Source: a virus (Duplodnaviria > Caudoviricetes). Taken from it: a stretch of 42,792 nt of DNA. Shown here in pieces: positions 18,013 through 27,583 of the stretch. The stretch lies in the IMG/VR virus record IMGVR_UViG_3300017658_000257, positions 1 through 42,792 of that record; one strand, written 5' to 3'. Each line of letters begins with the position of its first letter. Within the stretch, counting starts at the first letter, position 1. Below the pieces are notes generated by a model. It was not told the origin of the DNA and made no database searches. It saw only the letters and a list, made by a program, of their open reading frames with translations. The translations under genes and the position numbers were made by a program.

Positions 18013-20186
18013 TCCGCCGCCTCCCGCCATGCCGCCAGGTGGCTGCAGTTCGCCGCCACGAGCGCGGCGGCCATGGGCGGAGAGACGCTGTTGCCACAGC
18101 ACGATATCTGCGCGTCTTTCGGCAGCGGCCTTCCGTTGAATTCGAGATCGATGATGTAGCCCGGCGGGAAGCCTTGGGCCGAGAACAGCTCGCGCGGCGT
18201 GAGCATGCGCATGCCGATGTCGACGATGGTGAAGGTCTCGCCGTCGATCTCGACGGTGACGAACTCGCGCTCGTCCCAGAAGCCGTGCTCGCGCATGAAG
18301 ACGGCGACCTCGCGGGCGCGCGCGATCTGCGCTTCGGAAAGCTCCTCCGGCACGAGTTCGCCCTCGACATAGCCGAAGCGGTCCTTCACCGTGACGGTAT
18401 GGGCCGGCTCGTCGAGGCGCGCGCCGTCACCCGTCCCGTAGTATTTCGACATGAACGGAGCGACGACCGTCATCCCGGCGCCGCCCGCCGTCACAGTATG
18501 CGCGGGCTTGTCCGCCTCGTTGAACGGCTTGCCCGCATTGCGCATGGTCATCAGGTGCGGCGCGACCAGCATGGACTTGTTGACGCCCGCCGTCGCCGTA
18601 TGCGTCGGCTCGTCCACGCCGTGGCCGGTCGACGTGCCGAACTGGCGCGAGACGAAGGCTGAAATCACGCCCTGCTGCGGATTTGCCGTGATCGTCGAAA
18701 GCGGCTCGTCGGCCGGTCGACCGGGGTTGACCCCGCCCTCGCGCCGACTGTCGTTATTGTGCTGTGCAAGGAAGGCGGCTGTGACGCAGACATCGGCTTT
18801 GGCCGTCATGGTCGCGGCGGGCTCGTCGCCGCTACGCGGGCGGCTCTGCCCTGCCCGGCCGCCGCAGCCGACGAGGGTCGGCACGGCGAGCGCATGCTTT
18901 ACGCCGCCTGCAACGACTGTGCCGAGCGGCGCCTCTATGTCGAGCGAGCGTGGCGCCTGCCCTTCCCGTTCGCCATAGCCAGTCTGTACCAGCGTCGGCG
19001 CAATCAGCGCGTTCTGGTCTTTCGCGCTGGCGGTGATCGTGTGGTGCGGATCCTCGGCGCTGCGGTTGCCTCCGCCCTGCTGGCCATAGGTCAGCACCGG
19101 AGCTATGACGCCGAGCGGAGCCGCACCACCGGGCTTTTTATGGTAGCTGTTGGCGGTGACGGTATGCAGCGGTTCGTCGACGGCGTGGCCGGTAGAGCCG
19201 GTCTGGAATTTGACGATAGACGGGGCGATGATTGCCTTTTCGCCGCGGTGAGCGGCCGTAATCGTATTGAATGGCTGATCGACCGGTTCGATTCTCACGC
19301 CGTGTGTCAGGTTGACCAAGAACAGCTTTTTGGCTCGCAGGACATACCGATCGACCCCTCGGGCGATACGGCTCTGTGTCGCGGCAGCAGTCGGGCGGAC
19401 GGCGCGGAGGCCGAACTTCTCCCAGATTTCCTCTTTCGTGTCGAAGATCGACGGACATGGCTGCGTCCAGTCGATCACTTCTGCCGCTGTCCGCCACGGC
19501 AATTTGCGACTGGCCATCACCTCCGGATCATCGGGCTTTCCATGCGTCGGCTTCGGCCATACGATCGGTCGACCGTCGCACCGGGCGATCAGGAACAGGC
19601 GCTTGCGGATGGTCGGCGCACCGTAGTCGCAGGCGCGCAGTTCACGATGCTCCAGCTTGTACCCGAGCTTGCGCAACTGCTTCGCCCATTTGGCGAAGGT
19701 CGCGCCGCGCTTGTCGGGATCGGGCATCAGCACGAGTTTGTCGCCGCGTTTCTCCTCGCGCAGCGGACCCCAGTCGCGGAACTCCTCGACGTTTTCCAGC
19801 AGGATGACGTCGGGCCGCACGCGCTCGGCCCACAGCACCACCACCCATGCCAGGTCGCGGATGTTGCGTTCCACCGGCTTGCCGCCCTTGGCCTTCGAGA
19901 AGTGCTTGCAGTCCGGCGAGAACCACGCCAGCCCGACGTGACGGCCCTTCACGTAGTCGAGCGGATCGACATGCCAGACGTTTTCCGACAGGTGCAGCGT
20001 GTCCGGATGATTGGCGGCATGGAGCGCCAGCGCCGCCGGATTGTGGTTGATGGCGATGTCGGGAGAGCGGCCAAGCGCCATCTCTATGCCGGTCGACGCA
20101 CCGCCACCGCCGGCGAAGCTGTCGCAGATCATGGGCAAGTCGCTGGCGGAAGCGTCGCGATAGGCTTCCAGATCGAGCAGGTTCAT
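18009..20186 (-). CDS. DNA (cytosine-5) methyltransferase with repeated central domain
   Basis: Motif I FAGGGG, catalytic SPDC, ENV, R-x-R (RKRLF), C-terminal GNSVSP. Confidence 0.93.
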   Translation of the reverse strand: MNLLDLEAYRDASASDLPMICDSFAGGGGASTGIEMALGRSPDIAINHNPAALALHAANHPDTLHLSENVWHVDPLDYVKGRHVGLAWFSPDCKHFSKAKGGKPVERNIRDLAWVVVLWAERVRPDVILLENVEEFRDWGPLREEKRGDKLVLMPDPDKRGATFAKWAKQLRKLGYKLEHRELRACDYGAPTIRKRLFLIARCDGRPIVWPKPTHGKPDDPEVMASRKLPWRTAAEVIDWTQPCPSIFDTKEEIWEKFGLRAVRPTAAATQSRIARGVDRYVLRAKKLFLVNLTHGVRIEPVDQPFNTITAAHRGEKAIIAPSIVKFQTGSTGHAVDEPLHTVTANSYHKKPGGAAPLGVIAPVLTYGQQGGGNRSAEDPHHTITASAKDQNALIAPTLVQTGYGEREGQAPRSLDIEAPLGTVVAGGVKHALAVPTLVGCGGRAGQSRPRSGDEPAATMTAKADVCVTAAFLAQHNNDSRREGGVNPGRPADEPLSTITANPQQGVISAFVSRQFGTSTGHGVDEPTHTATAGVNKSMLVAPHLMTMRNAGKPFNEADKPAHTVTAGGAGMTVVAPFMSKYYGTGDGARLDEPAHTVTVKDRFGYVEGELVPEELSEAQIARAREVAVFMREHGFWDEREFVTVEIDGETFTIVDIGMRMLTPRELFSAQGFPPGYIIDLEFNGRPLPKDAQISCCGNSVSPPMAAALVAANCSHLAAWREAAE

Positions 20187-20482
20187 CGTCCCCCCTTCGG
20201 CATCCGGCCATGCCTGCGCATGACCTCGCCAAGATTTGCCGCCGCCTTGACCAGCCGGCCATGAGCGGTCGCCTCCGGCGCGCCGCTGAAGCGCGCCGAA
20301 ACGAACTGGTCGTATGCGCGTGCGACCGCTCGGCCGGCCTCGTTGATCTCGCGATCAATCTCGTCCTGCTCGGCTTTTCGCTCGGCGGCGGCATGCTGGC
20401 GGATTTCCTCCAACAGCAGTTCGCGTACGAGCGGCGTCAGCGCACGGGTGAGACCGTCGATCTTGCCGGACAGCGCCGTCAT
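20183..20482 (-). CDS. Hypothetical protein
   Basis: ATGA-coupled in the early operon. Confidence 0.65.
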   Translation of the reverse strand: MTALSGKIDGLTRALTPLVRELLLEEIRQHAAAERKAEQDEIDREINEAGRAVARAYDQFVSARFSGAPEATAHGRLVKAAANLGEVMRRHGRMPKGGR

Positions 20483-20772
20483 GATGCCCCCTCCCCGTTG
20501 GCGAAGGCCGCGAAAGCCGTTCGGTAGCTGTCGAAATCGTCTGCCAGCACGGCGGGAATCCGGCCCTGCCTGTCGCGCGTGGCGCGCATCAGTGTCACCC
20601 GGCGCAGCACGTATTCGGCCCCGGCATGGAAGCCGGCGCGCTGGCAGGCATCGCCGATGGTGCCGGCGAACTTCAAAAGCAGGGAATCCGGCATGACGAG
20701 CAGCAGGCGCGCTCGCGCCTGGTCGCCGTCTGCATCGTGCAACTGCCGGATGATGGGGATCATGGCGTCCAT
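20479..20772 (-). CDS. Hypothetical protein
   Basis: Coupled ORF in the operon. Confidence 0.65.
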   Translation of the reverse strand: MDAMIPIIRQLHDADGDQARARLLLVMPDSLLLKFAGTIGDACQRAGFHAGAEYVLRRVTLMRATRDRQGRIPAVLADDFDSYRTAFAAFANGEGAS

Positions 20773-21200
20773 CAGGAACCTACTGTTTCAGTGGTGGTCA
20801 CGTGAAACACACGTGCGCGGCGCGCCGTCGGGCGCGGGCGTTTGCGCGGTTTCGGTGCATTGAGGGGCGGAAGGTAGAAGGCGTCGGGATCGAGCCCGGC
20901 CCAGCCGCAGATCGCCCGGACCTTCGGATAGGCAAGCTGCTGCGAGGCCATCACGCGCGAGAGGTCGGACGAAGTGACGCCCATCTCTTCGGCGAGCGCG
21001 CGCCAACCCCGACCGTCATATTCCAGCATCGGCCGCAAGCGACGCGCCAGCGCCCGCATGTCGAAGTCGGCGAGATGACCGGCCCGTGGCCGCTGCTCCC
21101 GCCGCGCCAGTTCCTCGGCGCGATCGTCCATGGCCATGCGCTTTTCCAGCGCCCTACGCAGGCGGGCCATGGCGCGCAGGATGGAGGGATCGGACGTCAT
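20772..21200 (-). CDS. HTH-containing protein
   Basis: WRALAEEMGVTSSDLSRVMA is XRE-like; ATGA coupling. Confidence 0.65.
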   Translation of the reverse strand: MTSDPSILRAMARLRRALEKRMAMDDRAEELARREQRPRAGHLADFDMRALARRLRPMLEYDGRGWRALAEEMGVTSSDLSRVMASQQLAYPKVRAICGWAGLDPDAFYLPPLNAPKPRKRPRPTARRARVFHVTTTETVGS

Positions 21201-23827
21201 TCCGCCGCCTCCATCGTGTCGTTCAGTCCCATGAGGCCGAACATCGAAGGCACAGCGATCTTCCGCTCAGCCGCCTGGCAGTAGCGCAGGCCGTCGGCGA
21301 AATAGGTTTCCGACAGTTCGGACGCCTGCCCGCGGCGCCCTTTGAGGATCGCGCGGTACGGAACCGTCATCAGGCCACCGAACGGATCGTAGATGATGTC
21401 GCCGCGGCTTGAATATCGGTCGATCAACCTATCGACGATATCGAACTGAAGCGGGCAGACATGCTTTTCGAGGTTCTTCTGCGCCTGCTCGCCGTTCAAT
21501 GTCCGCATGCGAACCACGTCGTGCCATACGTCCGGATCGCCGGACGCGGCGTCGAGCAGCATGAATGTTTTCGGCAGCGCCTTCTTCGCCGCAAGCTCCT
21601 CGGCCAGCTTTAGGTGCTGCTCGAAATCGTAGATTTTTGCCTCGCAGAGCTCATGAAACAGCTTACGCACGGCCTGAGGGCCGAGCTGAATGATCTCGTC
21701 AAGCGTCAGCAGCCTGTCGCCCGAAGAAAGCCAGAAAGCGTGCGCGTCAAGCTGCCAGCGCGCCAGCGTATAGCCGCTGCCAGGAACCTGCGGTCGGCGA
21801 TCGCCGTCGCTCCAGCGCACGAGGTCGCCGTCTTCGGCATAGACAAGCGGCTTGTCGTGGATCACCGGCCGGTCGGCATAGCCTCTGGATTGATCGCTCT
21901 GCGGTTTGCGGAACAGCAGGATGTATTCCGGACAGCCGACGCCCATCTTCGTGGCGTCCTTCATCATCTCGGAATAGGACAGACGATAGGTCTGGTTGTT
22001 CTCGCGCACGACGTCGGTGACGACGGTGATCATGCCGAAATACTGAAACCCGTGCTTCAGGTAGTGCATGATCCCTTCGGCATGAAAGGGCGAGACGGTC
22101 GGCACGCCCTCGCCCGTCACGTTGCCGAACAGGATCCTGTCCTTGACGTGGATACAGGCGAGCCGGCCGGGTTCGAGAATGCGCAGCAGCTCCGGCGTCA
22201 GGAAATCCATCTGACGCCAGAAGTGGCCGTTGTCGTCGGTGTGGCCGAAGTCGTTGTAGCTGGCCGTATACTCGTAATGGTTTGAGAACGGAATCGAGGT
22301 GACGATCTGGCCGATGCTGTTGGGAGCGGTTCGCCGCGCCTCCTCGACGGCATCGTTGTTGGCGATGATGAAGTTCTCGCCCCGCTCCTCTCGGCGGATG
22401 ATGCCGATGGAGCGCTGCAGCACATCGTCAACCGGCAGGCCGTCCAATCCGTACCTGCGGATGATCTCGGCCATGCGGGCCATCATCCGGTCATGCTCGG
22501 CCCATTTTCCTTCGAGGTTGCGGCGCACCTCGCGCTCGGCCTCGGAATAGATGATGTCGATGCGACAGGCCTGCTTCTGTCCGAAGCGGACGATGCGGTG
22601 ATAGGCCTGGATGAAGTCATGGAACTTGAAGCCGATGCCGACGAAGATCGCCCAATGGCAATGCTTCTGGAAATTGCAGCCGGCACCGGACATTTCCGGT
22701 TTGGTGGCGAGGTCGCGAAAACGCCCCTCCTTGAAGCCGATGGCGTTTCGCTCATTGGTGTCCAAGTCCTGCGAGCCGTAGATGGAGCGGACGCCCGGCA
22801 CCGCCGTCTCGATGGCGCGACGCTCATCCTCGAGGTCGTGCCATAGGATCCTGTGTGCCTCTGGATCGGATGCGATCAGGTCCTGCATCATGGCGATGCG
22901 CGCCGGCAGGCTGTCGCGCTTGGCGGCCGACGCCTGGCCGACGCCGAGCGCGGCGTTACGCAGCAACAGGCCCTGCCCGTCGCGGTCGACGCCGGCGGCG
23001 GAATGATCGGTCGGCACCTCGTGCCACGTCACCGTCACCGGCGGCAGCACATAGCCCGTATCGTCGAAACCGAGATCGGCCGGGCTTTGCAGGAAGACGG
23101 CCCATGAATGGACCCACAGCCAGAATTCGTCTTCCTTGTGCGGAAAGAGCGTCAGTTCGCCGGCCTTTTCCGAATTGCGCTGGAAGAACCGCGTCAGCGC
23201 CTGGCCTGTGTCCATCACGCCGAGGAAGCCGGCATAGTGGATGAGTTCCTTGGTGCGGTTCGGCGACGGCGTCGCGGTGGCGACGAACTTGAACTCGACA
23301 TCATGGAACAGCGGCAGGAACGTCTGGAAGGTTTTCGTGCCGTAGCCGCGCAGCACGGCCGCCTCGTCGAGCGAGACGGCGCGGAAGCGCGAGACGGTGA
23401 TCTTGCCCTCGCGCACGCTCTCGTAGTTGGTGACGTAGACGACGTCGCCGTCTCGCTCCGGATCGATCTGGCTGTCGCGCTGGACGAATTTCAGGCGGAC
23501 CGCGAACGATCCGGTAAACCATTCTTCGGCATCGGCGAAGAATTCCTGCCGCACGCCGAGCGGGATGACGATCAGGCGCAGTCCCGGCCGGTGGACACCG
23601 ATCAGACGCATGATCTCCAGTTGCATTGCGGTCTTGTGTAGGCCGAAGGATGCGAAGATGGCGCGCTGTCCGCCGCGCAGCGCCCACGGCACGATCGCGC
23701 GGCAGTGCGGCGCCAGCGCCGGATTGATCTCGACGGCGTCGACCTGGAAGCCGCCCGTCTCGGCAACGCGCATCTTGGCCGACAGGAAATCGCGATAGGT
23801 GTCGCTATGGACAAGCGGCGCATTCAT
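21197..23827 (-). CDS. SF2/SNF2-like helicase domain fused to an N4/N6 DNA methyltransferase
   Basis: N-half FGLHKT, LDEA, TATPSPN, RIVRFGQ; C-half TSIPF, HVCPLQ, YDPFGGLMT (beta-class order). Confidence 0.88.
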   Translation of the reverse strand: MNAPLVHSDTYRDFLSAKMRVAETGGFQVDAVEINPALAPHCRAIVPWALRGGQRAIFASFGLHKTAMQLEIMRLIGVHRPGLRLIVIPLGVRQEFFADAEEWFTGSFAVRLKFVQRDSQIDPERDGDVVYVTNYESVREGKITVSRFRAVSLDEAAVLRGYGTKTFQTFLPLFHDVEFKFVATATPSPNRTKELIHYAGFLGVMDTGQALTRFFQRNSEKAGELTLFPHKEDEFWLWVHSWAVFLQSPADLGFDDTGYVLPPVTVTWHEVPTDHSAAGVDRDGQGLLLRNAALGVGQASAAKRDSLPARIAMMQDLIASDPEAHRILWHDLEDERRAIETAVPGVRSIYGSQDLDTNERNAIGFKEGRFRDLATKPEMSGAGCNFQKHCHWAIFVGIGFKFHDFIQAYHRIVRFGQKQACRIDIIYSEAEREVRRNLEGKWAEHDRMMARMAEIIRRYGLDGLPVDDVLQRSIGIIRREERGENFIIANNDAVEEARRTAPNSIGQIVTSIPFSNHYEYTASYNDFGHTDDNGHFWRQMDFLTPELLRILEPGRLACIHVKDRILFGNVTGEGVPTVSPFHAEGIMHYLKHGFQYFGMITVVTDVVRENNQTYRLSYSEMMKDATKMGVGCPEYILLFRKPQSDQSRGYADRPVIHDKPLVYAEDGDLVRWSDGDRRPQVPGSGYTLARWQLDAHAFWLSSGDRLLTLDEIIQLGPQAVRKLFHELCEAKIYDFEQHLKLAEELAAKKALPKTFMLLDAASGDPDVWHDVVRMRTLNGEQAQKNLEKHVCPLQFDIVDRLIDRYSSRGDIIYDPFGGLMTVPYRAILKGRRGQASELSETYFADGLRYCQAAERKIAVPSMFGLMGLNDTMEAAE

Positions 23828-25113
23828 GCCGGCACCGCCTCGGGCGCTTCCAGCCCCCATGCATCCCAGCCCGGCCGCGCGCGGCGGGCATTCAGTTCAA
23901 CCTTTGGCGTGTTCGGCCAATTGGCGTCGATCCATGCCAGGAAGTCTTCCGGCTTGGTCGAATGATCGGTGGCGTCGGCGGCGTGCGCGATGCCGTCGAA
24001 ATCGCTCTTGAGCTGCGCCCCTTGAGCGGGTGCGACGGGATTGCCGCGCGTCGCGACCAGCAGCAGCTCGTGCTTGCCGCGGTTCCAGTAGCCGCCGGCC
24101 ATCTTCTGCTTGATCCAGCAGAAATTCGTCACGTATCGGGCGTGCGCCTTGTTCGGCGAGAGGAAACCTGTGGAGGCGTCGCGCTCGATCCATGCAAAGC
24201 CCCATGCGTCGAGAACGCAGATGGCTTCGATGAGCATCGGAGCCGTCGCCCAAAGGAACAGCACGCAGTCCTTTGCGGCGAGCGCGCCGATGTCGCGCCG
24301 CATGATGGTCAGCAGGTCGGAGGTCGGATAATGGTTGTCAGCCGCCCGGTCCATGCCGGTCTCGGCGGAATAGGGCTCGAACCGCCATTCAGGATCGGCG
24401 ACAATGACGCCGTATTTCTTCTCCGGCAGCGCAACCTGGCGTGCGCCGAGCTCGACTTCGCGGGCCTGCCGGCGCTCTTTCTTAATCGCCTGCTCGTCGG
24501 CACGGATGGATTTGATCGCCGGCTGGATGGCGCGCTTCAGCGCCGCGCGCGTCGGCTCGTCGCCTTCGGCGAGCAGCTGGTCGAGCGCCTCGCGCACGAT
24601 TCCGGGCCGCGCAGCTATGGCGTCGCGCAACTGCCGCGATTCATGGATGTCCTTCCGGTCGAGGCCGATATCGGCAGCAGTTGCTGGGCGTTCTCCTGTG
24701 GAACGCCCACGGCTGCCGTCCTTCGCGGTCGCGAGTTCCCCCCGCTCCTGCGCGGCGTCGTATTCGTCGGCAAGCCGGCGCTTGGCAGCCGCCTCGATTT
24801 CCAGTGCATCCGCCTGGGCACGATGCGTGGCCGCGACCACGTCGTCATGTGCGCGCTTCGCCTTCTGGATGCGTGCCGCGCGTTTGGCGGCGTCGTAGGC
24901 CAGCCCCGCCTTGTCGCGCGCATCCAGCACCGCCGCTGCCGTCGTGGCACCGGCAAGAGCACGGGCTGCGCTGGAGATCATCGCAGGCAGGCTCGAGGCC
25001 GGCGACGCATTCACGTCGCCGGCCACCGCGCTTTCATCGGACATGCGTGCGGCGGGCATGCTTCCACCGGGAGTTCGTTTACCGGCCGATTCTTGTGCGC
25101 AAACGCCGGACAT
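23824..25113 (-). CDS. MT-A70-family methyltransferase with N-terminal helical extension
   Basis: YGVIVADPEW, DCVLFLWAT, HELLLVATRG, HSTKP, ELNAR..RPGWDAWG; start uncertain. Confidence 0.85.
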   Translation of the reverse strand: MSGVCAQESAGKRTPGGSMPAARMSDESAVAGDVNASPASSLPAMISSAARALAGATTAAAVLDARDKAGLAYDAAKRAARIQKAKRAHDDVVAATHRAQADALEIEAAAKRRLADEYDAAQERGELATAKDGSRGRSTGERPATAADIGLDRKDIHESRQLRDAIAARPGIVREALDQLLAEGDEPTRAALKRAIQPAIKSIRADEQAIKKERRQAREVELGARQVALPEKKYGVIVADPEWRFEPYSAETGMDRAADNHYPTSDLLTIMRRDIGALAAKDCVLFLWATAPMLIEAICVLDAWGFAWIERDASTGFLSPNKAHARYVTNFCWIKQKMAGGYWNRGKHELLLVATRGNPVAPAQGAQLKSDFDGIAHAADATDHSTKPEDFLAWIDANWPNTPKVELNARRARPGWDAWGLEAPEAVPA

Positions 25114-26036
25114 CAGGCCTCCGGCGCGCCTTCGAAGGACGGAAGTTCCGTCGCCAGCGCCGCCGCCTCGAGGTCACGCTCCACCTGCTCGCGCAGGAAG
25201 AACTCCCAGCGGTAGAGCTGGTAGAACCACTTGATGTCACCGGACACGATGCGATAGCGCAGCCGGGCCGGGATGCGCACGGCGTCGCCGTCGACGAAGG
25301 CGGGCACCGAAACCATGAAGATGCCGGGAATGACGACGGCGTCCCCCTTGGCGTCCTGATGTTCCTCCTTGAACTCGACCGTGCGCTCGCCGGTCTGGAG
25401 GCGGATGCCGTTCTTGACGCGGGCCGCGACATGAACTTCCAGATGACGCGACAGCGCAACCACTTCCGACGGCGTCGCCATCTTCTCGTTGAACAGCCGC
25501 TCGTATTCGCTGAGCTCGCCGTCCATCGGCGAGGCGAGCTCGGCGGCATGCTCTTCGAGGAACGCGGCGAAGACGTCCTGCAGCATGGGCTTGGCGTTCA
25601 TCTCCACCCATGTCTTGAATTCTTCCGTCAGCGGGAAGGTGTAGACGACACGGTGCTGGCGGTTGCGCGCCGCTCCGGTGGCATCATCATAATCGATGAC
25701 GGCCGTCAGCTTCGGATCGGGCCAGATGCAGCGTCCGAACAGCGCCGAGCGATCATCCTTGTGGCGGTTGACCAGGCTGATGAAGCTTTCCAGCGTGTCG
25801 GCCGTGGCCGTACCCTTGCGGCGCGCCGGCATCAGCCGGTTCTCCTCCAGAAGCGAACGCACCGAGCGGAACGTCTGCTCCTTGCGATCGAAGGCCACCG
25901 GCACCGAAGCCGGCAGGCCGTCGCCGAGGCCGGACGTGGTGATGTTGAGGATCGTCGGCGACGCCGCCGCGGTTGCGAGCGCGTTGACGACGTCGATGGC
26001 GTGGGAATCGAGAGGCACTTGCTGCTTGTCGGCCAT
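25113..26036 (-). CDS. DUF2303 (YfdQ-like) phage protein
   Basis: RRKGTATADTLESFI, LTAVIDY, QDVFAAFLEE, PARLRYRI. Confidence 0.8.
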   Translation of the reverse strand: MADKQQVPLDSHAIDVVNALATAAASPTILNITTSGLGDGLPASVPVAFDRKEQTFRSVRSLLEENRLMPARRKGTATADTLESFISLVNRHKDDRSALFGRCIWPDPKLTAVIDYDDATGAARNRQHRVVYTFPLTEEFKTWVEMNAKPMLQDVFAAFLEEHAAELASPMDGELSEYERLFNEKMATPSEVVALSRHLEVHVAARVKNGIRLQTGERTVEFKEEHQDAKGDAVVIPGIFMVSVPAFVDGDAVRIPARLRYRIVSGDIKWFYQLYRWEFFLREQVERDLEAAALATELPSFEGAPEA

Positions 26037-26068
26037 GGCCGTTTCCTTTCAGGGCTGGGGGAAGCTGA

Positions 26069-26422
26069 TCAGGCCGTTTCGGCCTGCTCGGAATCGTCCT
26101 CGACGCGGCCGGTGCTGCGCGGCGGGAACATGTCGATCTGGTTCGGATGCTCGACCGAGAGCTGCCCGTCGATCGCCCAGAACGGCGTCTTCATGAACTT
26201 GACGGTGTCCGGCAGCTTCGACTTGGCGTCGGCCTTGATGTCGATGCGGCCGAGCTCGTATTCGAGCGTGATCTTGACGGTGATCTCGGCCTTGCACTTG
26301 TCGGCCGGCGACTGTTCGAGCGCGTCGATCGCCTCGTTCATCAGCTGGTCGCAGTGGCGAGAGAAATCCCCGCGCGACAAGAGACCCATCATTTCACGGA
26401 AGGTGCGCAGCACGCGGCTCAT
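26069..26422 (-). CDS. Conserved phage protein, usual partner of DUF2303
   Basis: KAEITVKITL...KSKLP...PNQIDMF. Confidence 0.7.
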   Translation of the reverse strand: MSRVLRTFREMMGLLSRGDFSRHCDQLMNEAIDALEQSPADKCKAEITVKITLEYELGRIDIKADAKSKLPDTVKFMKTPFWAIDGQLSVEHPNQIDMFPPRSTGRVEDDSEQAETA

Positions 26423-26628
26423 GGGAGTGTCCTTTCAGGTTGGAGAGGCGCGCGCAGCCGGATCTGGCGCGTGTCATAGATGTGGACGAGATTGAGGAAT
26501 TCCGGATGGACCGCCTTCACGTCGGCGCGCCATTCGCCCGGTTCGATCTGGTAAAGGGCGACGATCTCACCCCAGAAGCGGGCGCGGCCACCGACCTTTT
26601 CCACAGTGTCGCCGACCTTGAATGCCAT
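26419..26628 (-). CDS. Small SH3-fold protein resembling DfrB/R67 type II dihydrofolate reductase
   Basis: FKVGDTVEKVGG-RARFWGEIVALY...LVHIY versus the R67 pattern [23 protein letters not shown]...VQIY. Confidence 0.55.
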   Translation of the reverse strand: MAFKVGDTVEKVGGRARFWGEIVALYQIEPGEWRADVKAVHPEFLNLVHIYDTRQIRLRAPLQPERTLP

Positions 26629-26642
26629 GGCATCGCCGCCCA

Positions 26643-27266
26643 TCACGACACCTTCCCGATCTCGCGCTCGATGCGCTTGGCGAGCCGCTCAAGCGGTTCG
26701 ATCCGCTCCGCGATCCTGCGCGCTTCTTCCAGCTGCGCCGTACAGGAGCGATGCAGATTCTTCAGGTCGGCGATGACGGGCGCGGCCTGTTCGAGGAATT
26801 CGTCGAACTCGGCGTTCGAGCCTTCCGGACCGAACAGGTCTTCCCGCACCTGACTGACCCATGCGCGCGGCACGCCGAGATCGCGCGCAACGGCGGAATC
26901 GGTCCAGGGCGGCGAATAGCCTGTCTTGTCGGACAGGTAGAGTTCGTCGATCTTGGCGAAGATGATACGGCGGTCCTCGCGGCTCATCTCGCGCGGCGTG
27001 TCGGCCGCCATGGTCTTGTCGGGCATCGGAGAGACCGTCTTTGCTGTCTGACGCTGCTGGCAATCCGGACAGCGGTCGTGGCGCGCTCCGTTGCCGACCT
27101 CCCATCCGTGCGCGCGGAACCATCGGGCAGCATGCTCCATGGAGATCGACCGGCCCGTACTGGCGAATTTCGCCGTCACGTTGCAGGTCGCGCATTCGAT
27201 CTGCGCGGCCTGCCGCACCTGGCCCTCGCGTTCGACCTTGACGATGGGGAAGCTGCGGGAACTCAC
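26643..27266 (-). CDS. Hypothetical protein with Zn-finger (CxxC...CPDC)
   Basis: GTG start by GTGA overlap; C-terminal WTDSAVARDLGVPRAWV HTH-like segment. Confidence 0.7.
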   Translation of the reverse strand: MSSRSFPIVKVEREGQVRQAAQIECATCNVTAKFASTGRSISMEHAARWFRAHGWEVGNGARHDRCPDCQQRQTAKTVSPMPDKTMAADTPREMSREDRRIIFAKIDELYLSDKTGYSPPWTDSAVARDLGVPRAWVSQVREDLFGPEGSNAEFDEFLEQAAPVIADLKNLHRSCTAQLEEARRIAERIEPLERLAKRIEREIGKVS

Positions 27267-27583
27267 GACACACCCCTTCGTCCAGCTTCGCGCAGCGCAT
27301 GCAGAATCCGCTCGACCCTCGCTTCCGGCATGCCGGTCGCCTTGGCGATGGCCGCCGTGTCGCCCTGCCCCGCGCAGGCGAAGACAAGCCGAACCTGCTG
27401 ATCCAGTTCGGCATCCGTGACCGGATCGCCGCGTTCCTGGCCGATGCGCGCGGCGAAGGCGGCTTCGAACAGCAGATGCGCATAGCCGGTGGCGGAATAG
27501 CCGCGCTGCCTGGCCATCTGCCCGAGCCGCTGGTAGGCCTTGCCTGTCACTCGCAGCGTGATCGTCATCGGCGCCGCAGCCAT
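27263..27583 (-). CDS. Putative DNA-binding protein (RHH-like N-terminus)
   Basis: MAAAPMTITLRVTGKAYQRLGQMARQRGYS. Confidence 0.6.
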   Translation of the reverse strand: MAAAPMTITLRVTGKAYQRLGQMARQRGYSATGYAHLLFEAAFAARIGQERGDPVTDAELDQQVRLVFACAGQGDTAAIAKATGMPEARVERILHALREAGRRGVS

